Positions 47,303 to 59,377 of a DNA stretch of 64,000 bases are shown one piece after another (position 1 is the first letter of the stretch; each line of letters begins with the position of its first letter). The translations under genes were made by a program, and so were the position numbers. Source of the DNA: Vulcanimicrobiales bacterium (GTDB taxonomy: Bacteria; Vulcanimicrobiota; Vulcanimicrobiia; Vulcanimicrobiales; Vulcanimicrobiaceae); contig JBBQQR010000003.1 in NCBI GenBank assembly GCA_038215615.1, forward strand, positions 81,350 to 145,349, given 5' to 3'. The notes under the pieces are model-generated. The model was not told the origin of the DNA. It made no database searches and saw nothing but the letters and a program-made list of their open reading frames with translations.

Positions 47303-48997
47303 CTATGACGCGACGAGGTTGGACCTCCGCTCGGTTGTCTGCCGCAATAAGATTCGCGCATGTTTCAAGGCGGCGTCGTGCGTTTCGCCCGAAAGCATGC
47401 GGGCGAGCTCGCTGGTCCGATCAGCATCCTTATCGACTTTCTGCACCGAAATTGTCGTAGCCGCGCGCGATTCTGTTTTTTCCAGCACGTAATGCTCATC
47501 GGCCCAAGCAGCAATCTGCGCCAAGTGCGTGACGCACATGACCTGTGCCTCGCGTGCGAGCCGGCCCAAACGCACACCGACCGCCGTGGCCGTAGCGCCG
47601 CCGATTCCCAAATCGATCTCATCGAATACCAGCGCGGTTTTTCCCCGTTTGCCCGCTAGGACGACGATAAGCGCCAAAAGGACGCGCGACAGTTCCCCAC
47701 CCGAAGCAACGCGCGCGAGCGGTCGCTCTTCTTCGCCTTTGTTGGCAGCGAACAGAAACTCGGCGCGTTCTGCGCCGGTCGCGCCGGTTTCCGCGAGCGT
47801 TTCAAACTGAACGCCGAAACGGCCCGAGGGCAGGGCTAAGTCTTGCAGCTCTTTTTCGACCGATTTGCGCAAACGATCGGCGCCGGCGCTCCGCAATTTT
47901 GAGAGCTCGGCCGCAGCTTTCTCCAACTCGCTCTGCGCCGACTGAAGATCACGCTCGAGTTGCGCTTTCCGCTCGCCGGCGTTACTGAAAAGGTCGACGT
48001 CGCTGCGAAACTCTTGGGCCGCAGCCAGCACAGTCTCTAGCGTGCCGCCGTATTTTCGCTTGAGTGTGTCGAGCGCATCGAGCCGGGCGTTAATCGTCTC
48101 CAACTCGGCCGGCTGGAATTCGGTCGCGTCCAGCTCGCGCGAGATGCGCACTGCGAGTTCGTTGACCTCGCTTTGGAGCGCGCCTGCGCTTTGGGCCATC
48201 TCTGAAAGTCCTTCGCCCAGGCCACGCAGTTGTTGCAACGACGCGCCCGCCACTCCAAGCGCACCCGTCGCCGAGCCTTCGTCGCCGGCTAGCGCATCGT
48301 GTGCGCTACGCAATGCGAGTGCGATTTTTTCAACGTTGTCCAAGAACCGGCGGCGCTCGCTCAGCCGCTCGTCTTCGCCGGCCGCAGGCGCGGTCGATTC
48401 GATCTCCTCGAGCGCGTACTTTGCAAAGGCGTGCCGCTCTTGCCCGCGCCGCTCGCCCTCATTGAGATCGCGGAGGTCACCGGCGAGCTTACCGGCGCGC
48501 GCGTGCAGCGACGCCACGGCCTCCCGGCTGCGGAAAAGCGCCTCGCCGCCAAACCGGTCGAGCAATTCTAAGTGGTATGCCGGCGCGAGCAGGCGCTGCG
48601 CTTCATGCTGCCCGACGATGTCGACGAGTTCCGCTGCGAGATCGCGAACGTAACCCGCCGTCGTTGGGCGACCATTGAGGCGCAGAGTGGATTTCCCGCT
48701 CTCGCTCAGTTCGCGCGAGATCGTCGCGTCTTCGTCCGGATCGAATTCGAATCCACCGGCGCACAGTTTTTCCCGTAGCGCTTTGCCGGCGTCAAACTCG
48801 AGCGTTACCGATGCTTTGGCGGCTCCCCGCCGCACCACGTCGGCCCCCGCCCGCTCGCCCAAGACGAACGCAATGGCACCCAGCACCATCGTCTTGCCCG
48901 AACCGGTTTCGCCGGTGAACATCGTCGCGCCGGAAGCGAAGTCGATCTCCGCGTCCGCGATCAATTCGTAGTCGGCTATGCGCAGCCGGCGTAACAC
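47303..48997 (-). CDS. recN: DNA repair protein RecN
   Basis: TGETGSGKT, GQH, ASGGELSR, FDEID, VTHLAQIA. Confidence 0.96.
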   Translation of the reverse strand: MLRRLRIADYELIADAEIDFASGATMFTGETGSGKTMVLGAIAFVLGERAGADVVRRGAAKASVTLEFDAGKALREKLCAGGFEFDPDEDATISRELSESGKSTLRLNGRPTTAGYVRDLAAELVDIVGQHEAQRLLAPAYHLELLDRFGGEALFRSREAVASLHARAGKLAGDLRDLNEGERRGQERHAFAKYALEEIESTAPAAGEDERLSERRRFLDNVEKIALALRSAHDALAGDEGSATGALGVAGASLQQLRGLGEGLSEMAQSAGALQSEVNELAVRISRELDATEFQPAELETINARLDALDTLKRKYGGTLETVLAAAQEFRSDVDLFSNAGERKAQLERDLQSAQSELEKAAAELSKLRSAGADRLRKSVEKELQDLALPSGRFGVQFETLAETGATGAERAEFLFAANKGEEERPLARVASGGELSRVLLALIVVLAGKRGKTALVFDEIDLGIGGATATAVGVRLGRLAREAQVMCVTHLAQIAAWADEHYVLEKTESRAATTISVQKVDKDADRTSELARMLSGETHDAALKHARILLRQTTERRSNLVAS

Positions 48998-48999
48998 CG

Positions 49000-49872
49000 T
49001 TACGCTCGCCGGCGATCTTTGATCGAAACGCCCCAGCGCATCTTGTCCTCGAGTCGCTCGAAGAAACGCAGCGGCGCCGTGCGCGCGAATCGCACCATGC
49101 GCGGGTGGCGCTCGATGACCACCGTACCTCCGGGCGCGATCTCGCTAACGGCATCGCCGTCGCATTCGAGCTGGGCCCGCACGATTTCGGAATCGCAGCT
49201 GATGTAAATGCGCGACGTTGTGGGCACGATGAGCGGGCGGGAAAAAAGTGTATGCGGCAAGAGCGGTACGATGCCGAATGCATCGACGTGCGGCGATATG
49301 ATCGAGCCGCCGGCCGAAAGAAAATACGCAGTCGAACCGGTCGGCGTGGCGACACAGATCCCGTCGGCCGGAATGTGCGCGGCCTGTTCTTCATCCAATC
49401 CAAGCCCGAAGGGAACGATGCGCGAGATATCCCCCTTGCGCACGACCGCATCGTTGAGCGCAAAAAACGTGCGGCCTTCGTATTCCGCTTGGATCGCGAG
49501 GCGCTCCTCGATCTCCAGGCCGCGCGCCAGCAGGTCGGGCAGCTGTTCGACGCGCGGATCGTCGTCGTCGAACTCCGTCAGAAAACCGAGCCTGCCGGTG
49601 TTGATGCCGAGCAACGGAATGCCGTCGTTGACGACGAGCCGCGCTGCGCGCAATAGAGTACCGTCTCCGCCGATGGTGATCAGGAGCGAAGCTTCGGCGA
49701 GTCTCGCGTTGTCCGAAGCGATCGGCAACCCCGGATCCGATCCCGGGCACAGGCAAATCGTATAACCGGCGTTCTTGAAACGATCGGCGATGCGCAGTCC
49801 AACGGCGCGCGAGTTTTCGCGTTTCGCGTCGATGTAAAACGCCACGACTCCCTTTTTCGCGGCGACGTTCAT
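49000..49872 (-). CDS. nadK: NAD kinase
   Basis: GGDGTLL, GRLGFL, LND, TPTGSTAY. Confidence 0.95.
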   Translation of the reverse strand: MNVAAKKGVVAFYIDAKRENSRAVGLRIADRFKNAGYTICLCPGSDPGLPIASDNARLAEASLLITIGGDGTLLRAARLVVNDGIPLLGINTGRLGFLTEFDDDDPRVEQLPDLLARGLEIEERLAIQAEYEGRTFFALNDAVVRKGDISRIVPFGLGLDEEQAAHIPADGICVATPTGSTAYFLSAGGSIISPHVDAFGIVPLLPHTLFSRPLIVPTTSRIYISCDSEIVRAQLECDGDAVSEIAPGGTVVIERHPRMVRFARTAPLRFFERLEDKMRWGVSIKDRRRA

Positions 49873-50639
49873 CCCACGACCTCGTCGATCCGTGAGTCCG
49901 CAACGGCCGATCCCCGGCGGCTCATGCGCATGAGAAACTCGCGATTCCCCGCCGGTCCGACCAGCGGCGACGCTGTCAAAGCAGTAGGAATAAGACCCAA
50001 TTCAGACATCGCATCACGAATTTCGCGCAGGACCGCTCGGTGTACTTCGGGATCGCGCACAACCCCACGTTTCCCGAGCCGGGCGCGCCCCGCCTCGAAC
50101 TGTGGCTTCACGAGCGCGACAATCTCTCCCGCAGGCGCCAAGAACGAGACAGCGTGAGCCAAAATCGTGCGCAGCGAAATGAACGATGCATCGGCGACGA
50201 TCAGGTCAAAGGGCTCGCCCGCAAATGCGTCGGCGGCCACCGTTCTGAAATTGGTCCGCTCCCTCACGGTAACCCTCGGGTCGTTGCGCAATCCCCAGTC
50301 CAACTGTCCATAACCGACGTCGACCGCGACAACGTGTGCGGCACCGCGCTTCAAAAGGCAATCGGTGAAACCTCCGGTCGACGCACCGATGTCGAGCGCG
50401 CGTATTCCCCGAACGTTGATCCCAAATTCAGAAAGCGCGCAATCGAGTTTCTCACCGCCGCGGCTCACGAACCGGCGCGGCTGCTCGACTTCGACCGCGG
50501 CGCCGGCGCGAATAGAAGTGCCCGGCTTCGTGGCCGGCGCGCCGTTCACGCGCACGCGCCCTTCGACGATCAGCGCGCGCGCTTGCGAACGGCTAATGCC
50601 GCTGCGTTCCGCGACAAGTTCGTCGAGGCGCGCCGACAT
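49869..50639 (-). CDS. tlyA: TlyA-family rRNA methyltransferase
   Basis: S4 domain, FVSRGGEKL, DIGASTGGFT, LVKPQFE, GNREF. Confidence 0.95.
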   Translation of the reverse strand: MSARLDELVAERSGISRSQARALIVEGRVRVNGAPATKPGTSIRAGAAVEVEQPRRFVSRGGEKLDCALSEFGINVRGIRALDIGASTGGFTDCLLKRGAAHVVAVDVGYGQLDWGLRNDPRVTVRERTNFRTVAADAFAGEPFDLIVADASFISLRTILAHAVSFLAPAGEIVALVKPQFEAGRARLGKRGVVRDPEVHRAVLREIRDAMSELGLIPTALTASPLVGPAGNREFLMRMSRRGSAVADSRIDEVVG

Positions 50640-50879
50640 TTAGAACGGGATGTCTTCGCTTGAGCCGGTTTCTTCGGTTTGCGCGGCCGACTCCATCGCG
50701 CGATCGATTTGCTGCTGCGCGCCTTTGAGGAGCTTCTCGCATTCGTTTGCCAGAGTCTTGCCTTCTTTGAATAGGGCTACAGCGCGATCGAGCTCGACAT
50801 TGCCGCCCTCAAGCTCTTTGGCGATAGCTTCGAGCCGCGCGACCTTTTCTTCGAAGGGGCCTTGCTTTTGATCAGCCAT
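50640..50879 (-). CDS. xseB: exodeoxyribonuclease VII small subunit
   Basis: FEEKVARLEAI...LE...LDRAVALFKEG; downstream of xseA. Confidence 0.92.
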   Translation of the reverse strand: MADQKQGPFEEKVARLEAIAKELEGGNVELDRAVALFKEGKTLANECEKLLKGAQQQIDRAMESAAQTEETGSSEDIPF

Positions 50880-52173
50880 CGGCGACCTTCTTCTCGACCC
50901 GTGCCTGCAATCTCCCGCGCTGAACGCGAGCTTCGATCTGCGCCCCCGCGGGCACGGCCGCTGCATCGCGAACGGCCTTGCCCCCGTACATCACGATTGC
51001 GAAACCTCGCGAAAGCGGAGTCTCGGGGTTTGTGCCTTCAAAACGCGCCCGCAAAAGGTCAAAGCGCCGGGCCGCGCTCTGAATCGACGTGGTGCCGGCT
51101 TGCCGGAATTGAAACTCTAGCTTTGCAAGCCGCTCACGGCGTTGAGTCAATCGCCCTTGTGGCGTCGCGGCGGTCAGCCTCTTCTCCAATTGGCCAATTC
51201 GCCGCTCTTGGTCGCGGATTAGATCGCGCATACTGCGTAGAAGGCTGCCGTAATCCTGATCGAAGCGTTGCGCGCAGCCACTCGCAGTCATCCGAGCCCC
51301 ATTGGTTATTCGAGCATACGATCGATCGATTCTACTCATAAAACGATCGGCAATTTGCCCGAAGTACTGGGCCGCATTTGAGGGTGTTTCGCAGCGCAGA
51401 TCTGCTACGTCATCGCTCAACGGATGATCTTCTTCATGCCCGATCGCTGAAATTACCGGATGGTGCGCCCGTACAATTGCGCGAACCACCGGTTCGAGAC
51501 TAAAAGGAAACAGATCTTCAGCCGACCCTCCGCCGCGAGTTAGGACAATTACATCGACGTCCAGCTTCGACGCTCTATCGATGGCCTCACCAATATCCAT
51601 TTGTGACCCTTCGCCCTGGACGCGGGTCTCTATGAACTGCACGTCCAGAAACGGCGCTCGATTCCGAATCGTAGCCAAGAAATCCGTAATTCCTTTGCTG
51701 CTCATTGACGAAACGATCGCAACGCGCCGCGGGAATTCAGGAAGCGGCCGCTTTCGGGCCGCGTCAAACAGGCCTTCGTCGCGAAACTGTTTTTTTAGCG
51801 CTTCTATCTTCGCAAAAAGAATGCCGATGCCCGAGAGTTCAACGGACTTCACGAAAATCTGATACTGGCTCTTCTGGGAGTATGTCCCGAAGGTTCCGCC
51901 AACAATGACTTCGTCCCCATCCTTAAAGGAAGGGAGTTTCGTTGCATCGCTGGGCCACGCAATGCATTTGAGAATGTCCGTGCCTTCTTTGAGATCGAAA
52001 TAAATCTGACCGCCGCGATGATGATTGAGACTCGAAACTTCACCGCGCACGCGCAAACCGGCCAAGACTTTATTTTGTGAAACGATCCGCCGGATGTAAT
52101 CGACGATCTTGCTAACGCTTTGCACCGTCTCCAACGGCGCGCCAGGCGTCCGCGCAAAAAGTGAGTCTTGCAC
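50872..52173 (-). CDS. xseA: exodeoxyribonuclease VII large subunit
   Basis: VRGEVS, YFDLKE, RGGGSAEDL, SAIGHE, TPSNAA, LSRGF. Confidence 0.95.
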   Translation of the reverse strand: MQDSLFARTPGAPLETVQSVSKIVDYIRRIVSQNKVLAGLRVRGEVSSLNHHRGGQIYFDLKEGTDILKCIAWPSDATKLPSFKDGDEVIVGGTFGTYSQKSQYQIFVKSVELSGIGILFAKIEALKKQFRDEGLFDAARKRPLPEFPRRVAIVSSMSSKGITDFLATIRNRAPFLDVQFIETRVQGEGSQMDIGEAIDRASKLDVDVIVLTRGGGSAEDLFPFSLEPVVRAIVRAHHPVISAIGHEEDHPLSDDVADLRCETPSNAAQYFGQIADRFMSRIDRSYARITNGARMTASGCAQRFDQDYGSLLRSMRDLIRDQERRIGQLEKRLTAATPQGRLTQRRERLAKLEFQFRQAGTTSIQSAARRFDLLRARFEGTNPETPLSRGFAIVMYGGKAVRDAAAVPAGAQIEARVQRGRLQARVEKKVADG

Positions 52174-52175
52174 GC

Positions 52176-54239
52176 TTACGGCTGCGGCGTCGGATCCGGA
52201 GGCGGGGCGGTCGGTTCGGGCGAGAACGTCGGAGCCGGCGGCATATTGCCGTTGAAGACCGGCACGGCCGCCGCGGCAGCTGCGCCCGGGGCTTGCGAAG
52301 ACAGCGGACGCGACCGTCCGCAGGGCGAGATCGGTTCGGTGCCGGTCAGGTAGTACTCAAACTTCCCGTAGCCGCCGCCGCACGCGGCAACTTTCGAAAC
52401 CTCTCCGCCGGGAAAAATGAAATCGTGCTTGGCGACGTTCTTCAGCGCCCCTTGCATGAAGCGCGCCCAAATACGCGCCGGAATGTTTCCGCCGTACGAT
52501 TCGCTCATCGGATGGTAGTTGTCGTTTCCAAGCCATACAACAGCGACCAAATCCGGTGTATATCCCGCGAACCATGCGTCTCTAAAGTTCGTGGTCGTCC
52601 CGGTCTTGCCGGCCGCGGGCCGCCCGATGATTGCGTTGGGGTTCCCCGTGCCGTGATTGATGACGTCCTCGAGCATCGTGGTCATGACATATGCAGTACC
52701 CGCGCTGATGATTTCAGTTTGCACGGGATAAAGATTATCGAGTACCGGGTTGCCCAGGGAGTCTTTGACGATCCGGAAAGGCGAAGGGTCTATGTGCACG
52801 CCCTGGTTGGCCAGCGTCGAATAACCGCTGGCTTGATCGAGCGGGCTGATGACCGACGTGCCGAGCGCGAGCGACAGATTTGGTTCGAGGACAGATTCCA
52901 CGCCCATGCGATGAGCGTATTGAATGACGCGATCGACACCGACGAGCTGCAGCAGTTTTACGGCCACGATATTGCGGCTTTGAGCGAGCGCGACGCGCAA
53001 CGAGATCGGTCCCATGTACCGGAAGTCATCGTCTTGCGGCGCCCACTGCGTCCCGTCACCCATCGGATAGCTGACGGGGCCGTCGTCGATGACTGTGGTT
53101 GGAGCCATGCCGGTATCGATTGCAGCGGTGTACACGTAGGCCTTGAATGACGAGCCCGGCTGGCGGTGCGCCTGCCACGCGCGATTGAATTGGTTTTGCA
53201 GCGAAAAGTGAGCGCCGCCAATCATCGCAACGATCTCACCCGTCGACGGGCGTATCGCGACGAGCGCGGCTTCATCGGCTCCGATGCCTTCGGATTGAGC
53301 CGCCGAAACGCCCCAATCAACTGCGCTCTGGGCGATATCTTCCATGCTCGGATCGATCGTCGTGTACACCTGCAGCCCGCCTTCGTACGTTGCGGCTTTT
53401 CCAAACGTTTTTTCGAGCTGATCGACAACGTAGGTCGTGAACCACGGATCGCGGTAACCTTGCAGGCCCGCCGGTCTTAAGCCGCTCAACTTCAGCGGAG
53501 CAGCGTACGCATTGTCGGCCTGCGCTTGCGAGATGTACCCGCTTTCGACCATCCGGTCGAGTACGTGCCGCTGGCGTTCGCGCGCGAGCGTGAGGTTTAC
53601 GTATGGCGAATAGGCCGACGGAGCAGCGATGAGCCCCGCCAGCACCGCGGCTTGACCAAGCGTCAGCGAATTCGCGCCGCGGCCGAAATAGGTGTGAGCG
53701 GCGGCATCCACGCCGTACGCTCCCGAGCCCAAATAAATAAGGTTGAGATAGCGTTCGAGGATCTCGTCTTTGGTGTAGTACCGCTCGATCTCCATCGCCA
53801 GCAGCGCTTCTTGAATCTTCCGCGAGATCGTTTGTTGATCCGTATAAAAGAGCGCCCGTGCGAGCTGCTGCGTTATCGTCGAAGCGCCCTGCTCGATTCG
53901 GTGGTGCGATAAGTCGGCGACGCCGGCGCGAACGATGCCGAAGAAATCGACGCCGTGATGCTTGTAGAAATTGTGGTCTTCGTTGGCGATGAACGCGTTG
54001 CGTACCACAGCGGGAATTTTATTGACCGGCAGCCAGATGCGATTCTCTTTGTAGAGGTTTGCCAGCAGCGTGCCGTCGCGCGCGTACAGCCGCGTCGATC
54101 GTGCGGGCTGATAATCCGCCATGCGGCTGATGTCGGGAAGATTGCGCGAGTAAGCCGCTACGATGCCCGCAATCGAACCGGCTAGAAAAAGTATCACGAG
54201 CAATAGCCCGACAGCAGCGTAGCGTAAGACTCTACGCAC
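52176..54239 (-). CDS. class A penicillin-binding protein (PBP1A family)
   Basis: EDHNFYKHHG, GASTITQQ, RKIQE, SSFK, SRN, KTG. Confidence 0.95.
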   Translation of the reverse strand: MRRVLRYAAVGLLLVILFLAGSIAGIVAAYSRNLPDISRMADYQPARSTRLYARDGTLLANLYKENRIWLPVNKIPAVVRNAFIANEDHNFYKHHGVDFFGIVRAGVADLSHHRIEQGASTITQQLARALFYTDQQTISRKIQEALLAMEIERYYTKDEILERYLNLIYLGSGAYGVDAAAHTYFGRGANSLTLGQAAVLAGLIAAPSAYSPYVNLTLARERQRHVLDRMVESGYISQAQADNAYAAPLKLSGLRPAGLQGYRDPWFTTYVVDQLEKTFGKAATYEGGLQVYTTIDPSMEDIAQSAVDWGVSAAQSEGIGADEAALVAIRPSTGEIVAMIGGAHFSLQNQFNRAWQAHRQPGSSFKAYVYTAAIDTGMAPTTVIDDGPVSYPMGDGTQWAPQDDDFRYMGPISLRVALAQSRNIVAVKLLQLVGVDRVIQYAHRMGVESVLEPNLSLALGTSVISPLDQASGYSTLANQGVHIDPSPFRIVKDSLGNPVLDNLYPVQTEIISAGTAYVMTTMLEDVINHGTGNPNAIIGRPAAGKTGTTTNFRDAWFAGYTPDLVAVVWLGNDNYHPMSESYGGNIPARIWARFMQGALKNVAKHDFIFPGGEVSKVAACGGGYGKFEYYLTGTEPISPCGRSRPLSSQAPGAAAAAAVPVFNGNMPPAPTFSPEPTAPPPDPTPQP

Positions 54240-54639
54240 TGCCGTTGCCCCGCGTGACCGAGGACAGCACGCCGTTGATAAAACGGCCGGAGTCTTCGGT
54301 CGAAAAGCGTTTCGCGAGTTCGACGGCTTCGTTGATCACCACGGGTTTGGGCGTATCGGGCCGGTGCCGCAATTCAAAGGCCGCCATGCGTAAGAGCAAA
54401 CGGTCGATGGTCGGCAATCGTTCTAGGCTCCATTGCTGCAGCAAGGGTGAGACTATCTCGTCGCTTTCACCGGCGTGTTCCAACGTACCCAAGACGAGAT
54501 CTTTTACGAAAAAGCGGTGGGCGCTGTCCCCGGACGTAACGAGATATTCGTCGAGCACCTCCGCCGGATCGCGGTGCCCGACTTCGACCGAAAAGAGCGC
54601 TTGCAGTGCAAGTTCGCGGCCCATCCGGCGCGTCGGCAT
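54232..54639 (-). CDS. nusB: antitermination factor NusB
   Basis: RRMGRELALQALF, INEAVELAKRF, FINGVL. Confidence 0.95.
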   Translation of the reverse strand: MPTRRMGRELALQALFSVEVGHRDPAEVLDEYLVTSGDSAHRFFVKDLVLGTLEHAGESDEIVSPLLQQWSLERLPTIDRLLLRMAAFELRHRPDTPKPVVINEAVELAKRFSTEDSGRFINGVLSSVTRGNGSA

Positions 54640-54649
54640 CCCAAGGTCC

Positions 54650-55994
<1,345 letters not shown>

Positions 55995-56002
<8 letters not shown>

Positions 56003-56402
56003 GCCCGACCTCGAATAGCGTCTGCCCATATTCGACCGGCTGTCCGTCGTCGCAGCAGACCGAGACCAAACGCCCGGGACCTAGCGAGCGGACCGGATTG
56101 CGGATGCCGAGCGCCTCGACGTACGCCAGCTCGCGATTCGAATCGACCAACTCGCCCGTCACGGGCAGCGGACGACTGAAACGGAAAATGCCGACGAGGT
56201 CGGATTTGATCGCATCGACGTTTTCCGCGGCCGCGGGTTGCGCTTGCGCTTCCGCAGATTCGGCGGCAGCCGGACGCGAACTCGCCCGGCGGCACAGCTC
56301 GACGTGGCCGCCGTCGCGTTCGATGCGCAGCCGCACGAGGTCGGTATCCAGGAACGCCACCACGAGCGAGCGCACGCGTTCGACGACAGTATTGCGGGGC
56401 AT
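55995..56402 (-). CDS. BCCP (AccB)-like protein lacking the biotinylation lysine
   Basis: AccB layout and C-terminal DGQPVEYGQTLF, but EALG in place of EAMK; directly upstream of accC. Confidence 0.8.
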
Positions 56403-56408
56403 GGAGGC

Positions 56409-56867
56409 CTACGGGTTCGCTTCCACGGAGGCCCGTTCCGCTGGAGGGAGCGCCCCGGCGGCGGCCTTGTACCGCTCGTCGATTTCAGCCAGCGGCACCA
56501 GCACAAATGCGCGTTCCAAGAGACGCGGGTGCGGCAATTGCAATCCGGGTTCGTGAAGGGAGACATCGCCATAAAATAAGATATCGAAATCGATCGCGCG
56601 CGGTCCCCACCGTTCCGACGGCGTCCTTCCCAATCTCTGCTCGAGCGCTTTCAGGCGCTCCAATAATTGGCGCGGCGGAAGGGACGTTTCGACGATCGCG
56701 GCGGCATTGCAAAAGTCGGGCTGGTCCGTGATTCCCCACGGCTTGGTGCGGTAGAGCCCCGAACGCGCCGTAACGGTTCCGACCTCACTGAGCGCTTCGA
56801 TCGCAGCGCGCACATTAGCAGCCGGATCGCCCAAGTTGGAACCGAGTCCTATTCCGGCTCGTGCCAT
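56409..56867 (-). CDS. folK: HPPK
   Basis: GLGSNLG, QPDFCN, WGPRAIDFDIL, PHP. Confidence 0.95.
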   Translation of the reverse strand: MARAGIGLGSNLGDPAANVRAAIEALSEVGTVTARSGLYRTKPWGITDQPDFCNAAAIVETSLPPRQLLERLKALEQRLGRTPSERWGPRAIDFDILFYGDVSLHEPGLQLPHPRLLERAFVLVPLAEIDERYKAAAGALPPAERASVEANP

Positions 56868-57226
56868 GCGTGAAACTTCGGATTTGGACGGCGCAAGGTT
56901 ACGCTAGGCGTTGCGCCTTGCAGTATGCCCGGTTTAGCGATCGTGATCTCCGCATGCGCAATGCGCGGATCTTCCAGCACGGTGCGCGCGATCTCGGCGG
57001 CCAAGCGTTCGATCAAGCGGAAGGACGTGGCTTCAATGATACGCACGACAGCGTCGCGCATAACGGAGTAATCGATCGCGTCTCTGAGATCGTCGCTTCC
57101 GGCCGCTGGACTGAGATCGGATTCGATAACGACGGCAACGTCGAACGGCTGGGCCGCGTCCCGTTCGCCGGGATCGGCTCCGTGACGTCCAAACGCGCGG
57201 ATGCCGTCAATGCGAATTACGTCCAT
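56849..57226 (-). CDS. folB: dihydroneopterin aldolase
   Basis: HG...E...Q, SDDL...IDYS, LIERLA, KP. Confidence 0.93.
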   Translation of the reverse strand: MDVIRIDGIRAFGRHGADPGERDAAQPFDVAVVIESDLSPAAGSDDLRDAIDYSVMRDAVVRIIEATSFRLIERLAAEIARTVLEDPRIAHAEITIAKPGILQGATPSVTLRRPNPKFHAWHEPE

Positions 57227-58071
57227 CCGGGCGGCCTCCAATCGCGCACGATCGCATCAGCCACACTCGCGACGTCTTTGGTTTGCGCCACATCGTGCAC
57301 GCGCACGATGTCGACGCCCGCGCCAATCGCAAGCGCCGTCGTGGCAGCGGTACCGTAGATGCGATCTTCGGGATCGCGTCCGGTGAGTTTCCCGATCGTT
57401 GACTTGCGCGACGTGCCGATGAGTGTAGGGAACCCGAGTGCGACCAAACGCGGAAGTTGCTGCAGTATGAGCAGATTGTGATCGGCTGTCTTGCCGAAGC
57501 CGATGCCGGGATCCAATATAACGTGTTCGGCAGGCAGGCCTGCCCGCACGGCGCGTGCGGCGGCTTCCTCCAAAAACGACAACACCTCGTCCATTACGCC
57601 GCCGGCGTAGTGCGCCTCGGACGTGTTATGCATCACAACAACCGGCATCGCAAGGGCGAGCGCGGTTTCCAACACATCGGGCGGCAGCCCCCAAACGCAG
57701 TTGAGCAGATCGGCGCCGGCCCCATGGGCCGCGCGCAAGACGGCGCTTTTGTGCGTATCAACCGAGAGAATCGCCGACGGCGAACGGCGGCGAATAGCCG
57801 CGATCACAGGAATCAGCCGCGCGATCTCCGTTTGCTTCGCAACCGGCTCGTGTCCGGGGCGCGTTGATTCCGCGCCGACGTCCAAGATATCGCTGCCGCG
57901 TTCCAGCTGCGTATGCGCGAATGCGACCGCCAGATCCGGCTCTTCGATACCATCCCCGGAAAACGAATCGGGCGTAACGTTGACGATGCCCATGACGTAG
58001 GTGCGCGCGCCCCATTCAAGCGCGCGGCCGCGAACCCGTAAAGCGCCTCTATCGCGCGTTCGAAGTTGCAA
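57217..58071 (-). CDS. folP: dihydropteroate synthase
   Basis: MGIVNVTPDSFS, ESTRPG, DPGIGFGK, SRKS, RVHDV; TTG start at 58071. Confidence 0.95.
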   Translation of the reverse strand: MQLRTRDRGALRVRGRALEWGARTYVMGIVNVTPDSFSGDGIEEPDLAVAFAHTQLERGSDILDVGAESTRPGHEPVAKQTEIARLIPVIAAIRRRSPSAILSVDTHKSAVLRAAHGAGADLLNCVWGLPPDVLETALALAMPVVVMHNTSEAHYAGGVMDEVLSFLEEAAARAVRAGLPAEHVILDPGIGFGKTADHNLLILQQLPRLVALGFPTLIGTSRKSTIGKLTGRDPEDRIYGTAATTALAIGAGVDIVRVHDVAQTKDVASVADAIVRDWRPPGWT

Positions 58072-59374
58072 CGACGTTCTCCATCCACCATTCGCGCAGC
58101 TCCGCGACCACGAACGTCGAGCCGGTGACGACGATGATTTCATCGCTCCCCGAGCTGCGCCTCGCGATCGAAAACGCTTCAACCGGATCGGGAACGGCGC
58201 GTCCCCACAGCCCGGCTGATTCGGCGATCCTCGCCAAGCGCTGCGGTTTGGTCGCGATTCTTCCGCGCGCGTCGAACGACGTAAAGACCAGCGTAGCCGG
58301 AACCTGCGCGAGAACGCGCAGGATCTCCCCAGCGTCCTTGCTCTCGCCGATGGCGATGACGAAAGTAAAATGCCTCTCCGGAAAGAGCGCGCGCAAAGAG
58401 CGCACGAGGTTTTCGGCCTTATCGGGATTGTGAGCAACGTCGAAGATCACGCCCGGATGGGCCGGAAAATACTCCATGCGTCCGGGAAGGGCGACTCGGC
58501 TGAGCCCCTCTTCGACCGCCTCGCGTGACGGACGCAAGGCTTCGGGAAGCTGTTCGAGCGCCAGCACTGCGCACGCGGCGTTGCGCTGTTGGAACTCCCC
58601 GAGCAGAGGCAGCTCCACATCGTACACGCCCTGGGGTGTCGTCAGCATGATGCGCTGACTGTATGGACCGGACTGCACGGCTTCAATTGTTACGCGATCC
58701 GGTACGAAGATAAACGGTGCGCCGACCGCAGCGCATTGCGCTTCGATGACACCCCGCGCTTCAGGCCGGTCGACGGCACTGAGCAGCGGCACGCCCTGTT
58801 TTGCGATACCGGCTTTGTCCGCGGCGATCTGCTCGACCGTGTCACCCAAAATTTCGGTGTGATCGAGCCCTACATTTGTTATCAGGCTCACCAACGGATG
58901 CAAGACGTTGGTCCCGTCGAGTTTCCCGCCGATGCCAACCTCGATCACGGCCGCATCCACGCGTTCGAGAGAAAAATGTAAAAACGTCAACGCTAACAGC
59001 GTTTCATAGTACGACGGCCGCGTGAACTCCATCGCGACGCGCTCCATCGCCGGGATCAAGATCTCCATCAGCTCGGCGAACCGCTCTTGCGAGACCGGGA
59101 CACCGTCGATTTTCGCACGCTCGGTCATCGAGCGCAAATGCGGCTTGGTATGCAGGCCGGTGCGTTTTCCGGCAGCGGTCAAGCCCGCGGCGATCATGAC
59201 CGACGTCGATCCCTTGCCGCTCGTACCGCCGACGTGAATCGTGGGGTACATGTCCTGCGGGTTGCCGATTTCGTCCAGGAACCGTCGCATGCGATCGAGG
59301 CGGTAAGGCTCGTGCCGCGATCCGGTTTCACTGACCAGCTCCAAGACGTATGCTTGCGCTTGCGCAAACGTCAT
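58049..59374 (-). CDS. folC: folylpolyglutamate/dihydrofolate synthase
   Basis: HVGGTSGKGS, EVGIGG...TNV, DHT, GRME, DVAHNP. Confidence 0.95.
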   Translation of the reverse strand: MTFAQAQAYVLELVSETGSRHEPYRLDRMRRFLDEIGNPQDMYPTIHVGGTSGKGSTSVMIAAGLTAAGKRTGLHTKPHLRSMTERAKIDGVPVSQERFAELMEILIPAMERVAMEFTRPSYYETLLALTFLHFSLERVDAAVIEVGIGGKLDGTNVLHPLVSLITNVGLDHTEILGDTVEQIAADKAGIAKQGVPLLSAVDRPEARGVIEAQCAAVGAPFIFVPDRVTIEAVQSGPYSQRIMLTTPQGVYDVELPLLGEFQQRNAACAVLALEQLPEALRPSREAVEEGLSRVALPGRMEYFPAHPGVIFDVAHNPDKAENLVRSLRALFPERHFTFVIAIGESKDAGEILRVLAQVPATLVFTSFDARGRIATKPQRLARIAESAGLWGRAVPDPVEAFSIARRSSGSDEIIVVTGSTFVVAELREWWMENVVATSNAR

Positions 59375-59377
59375 CGT

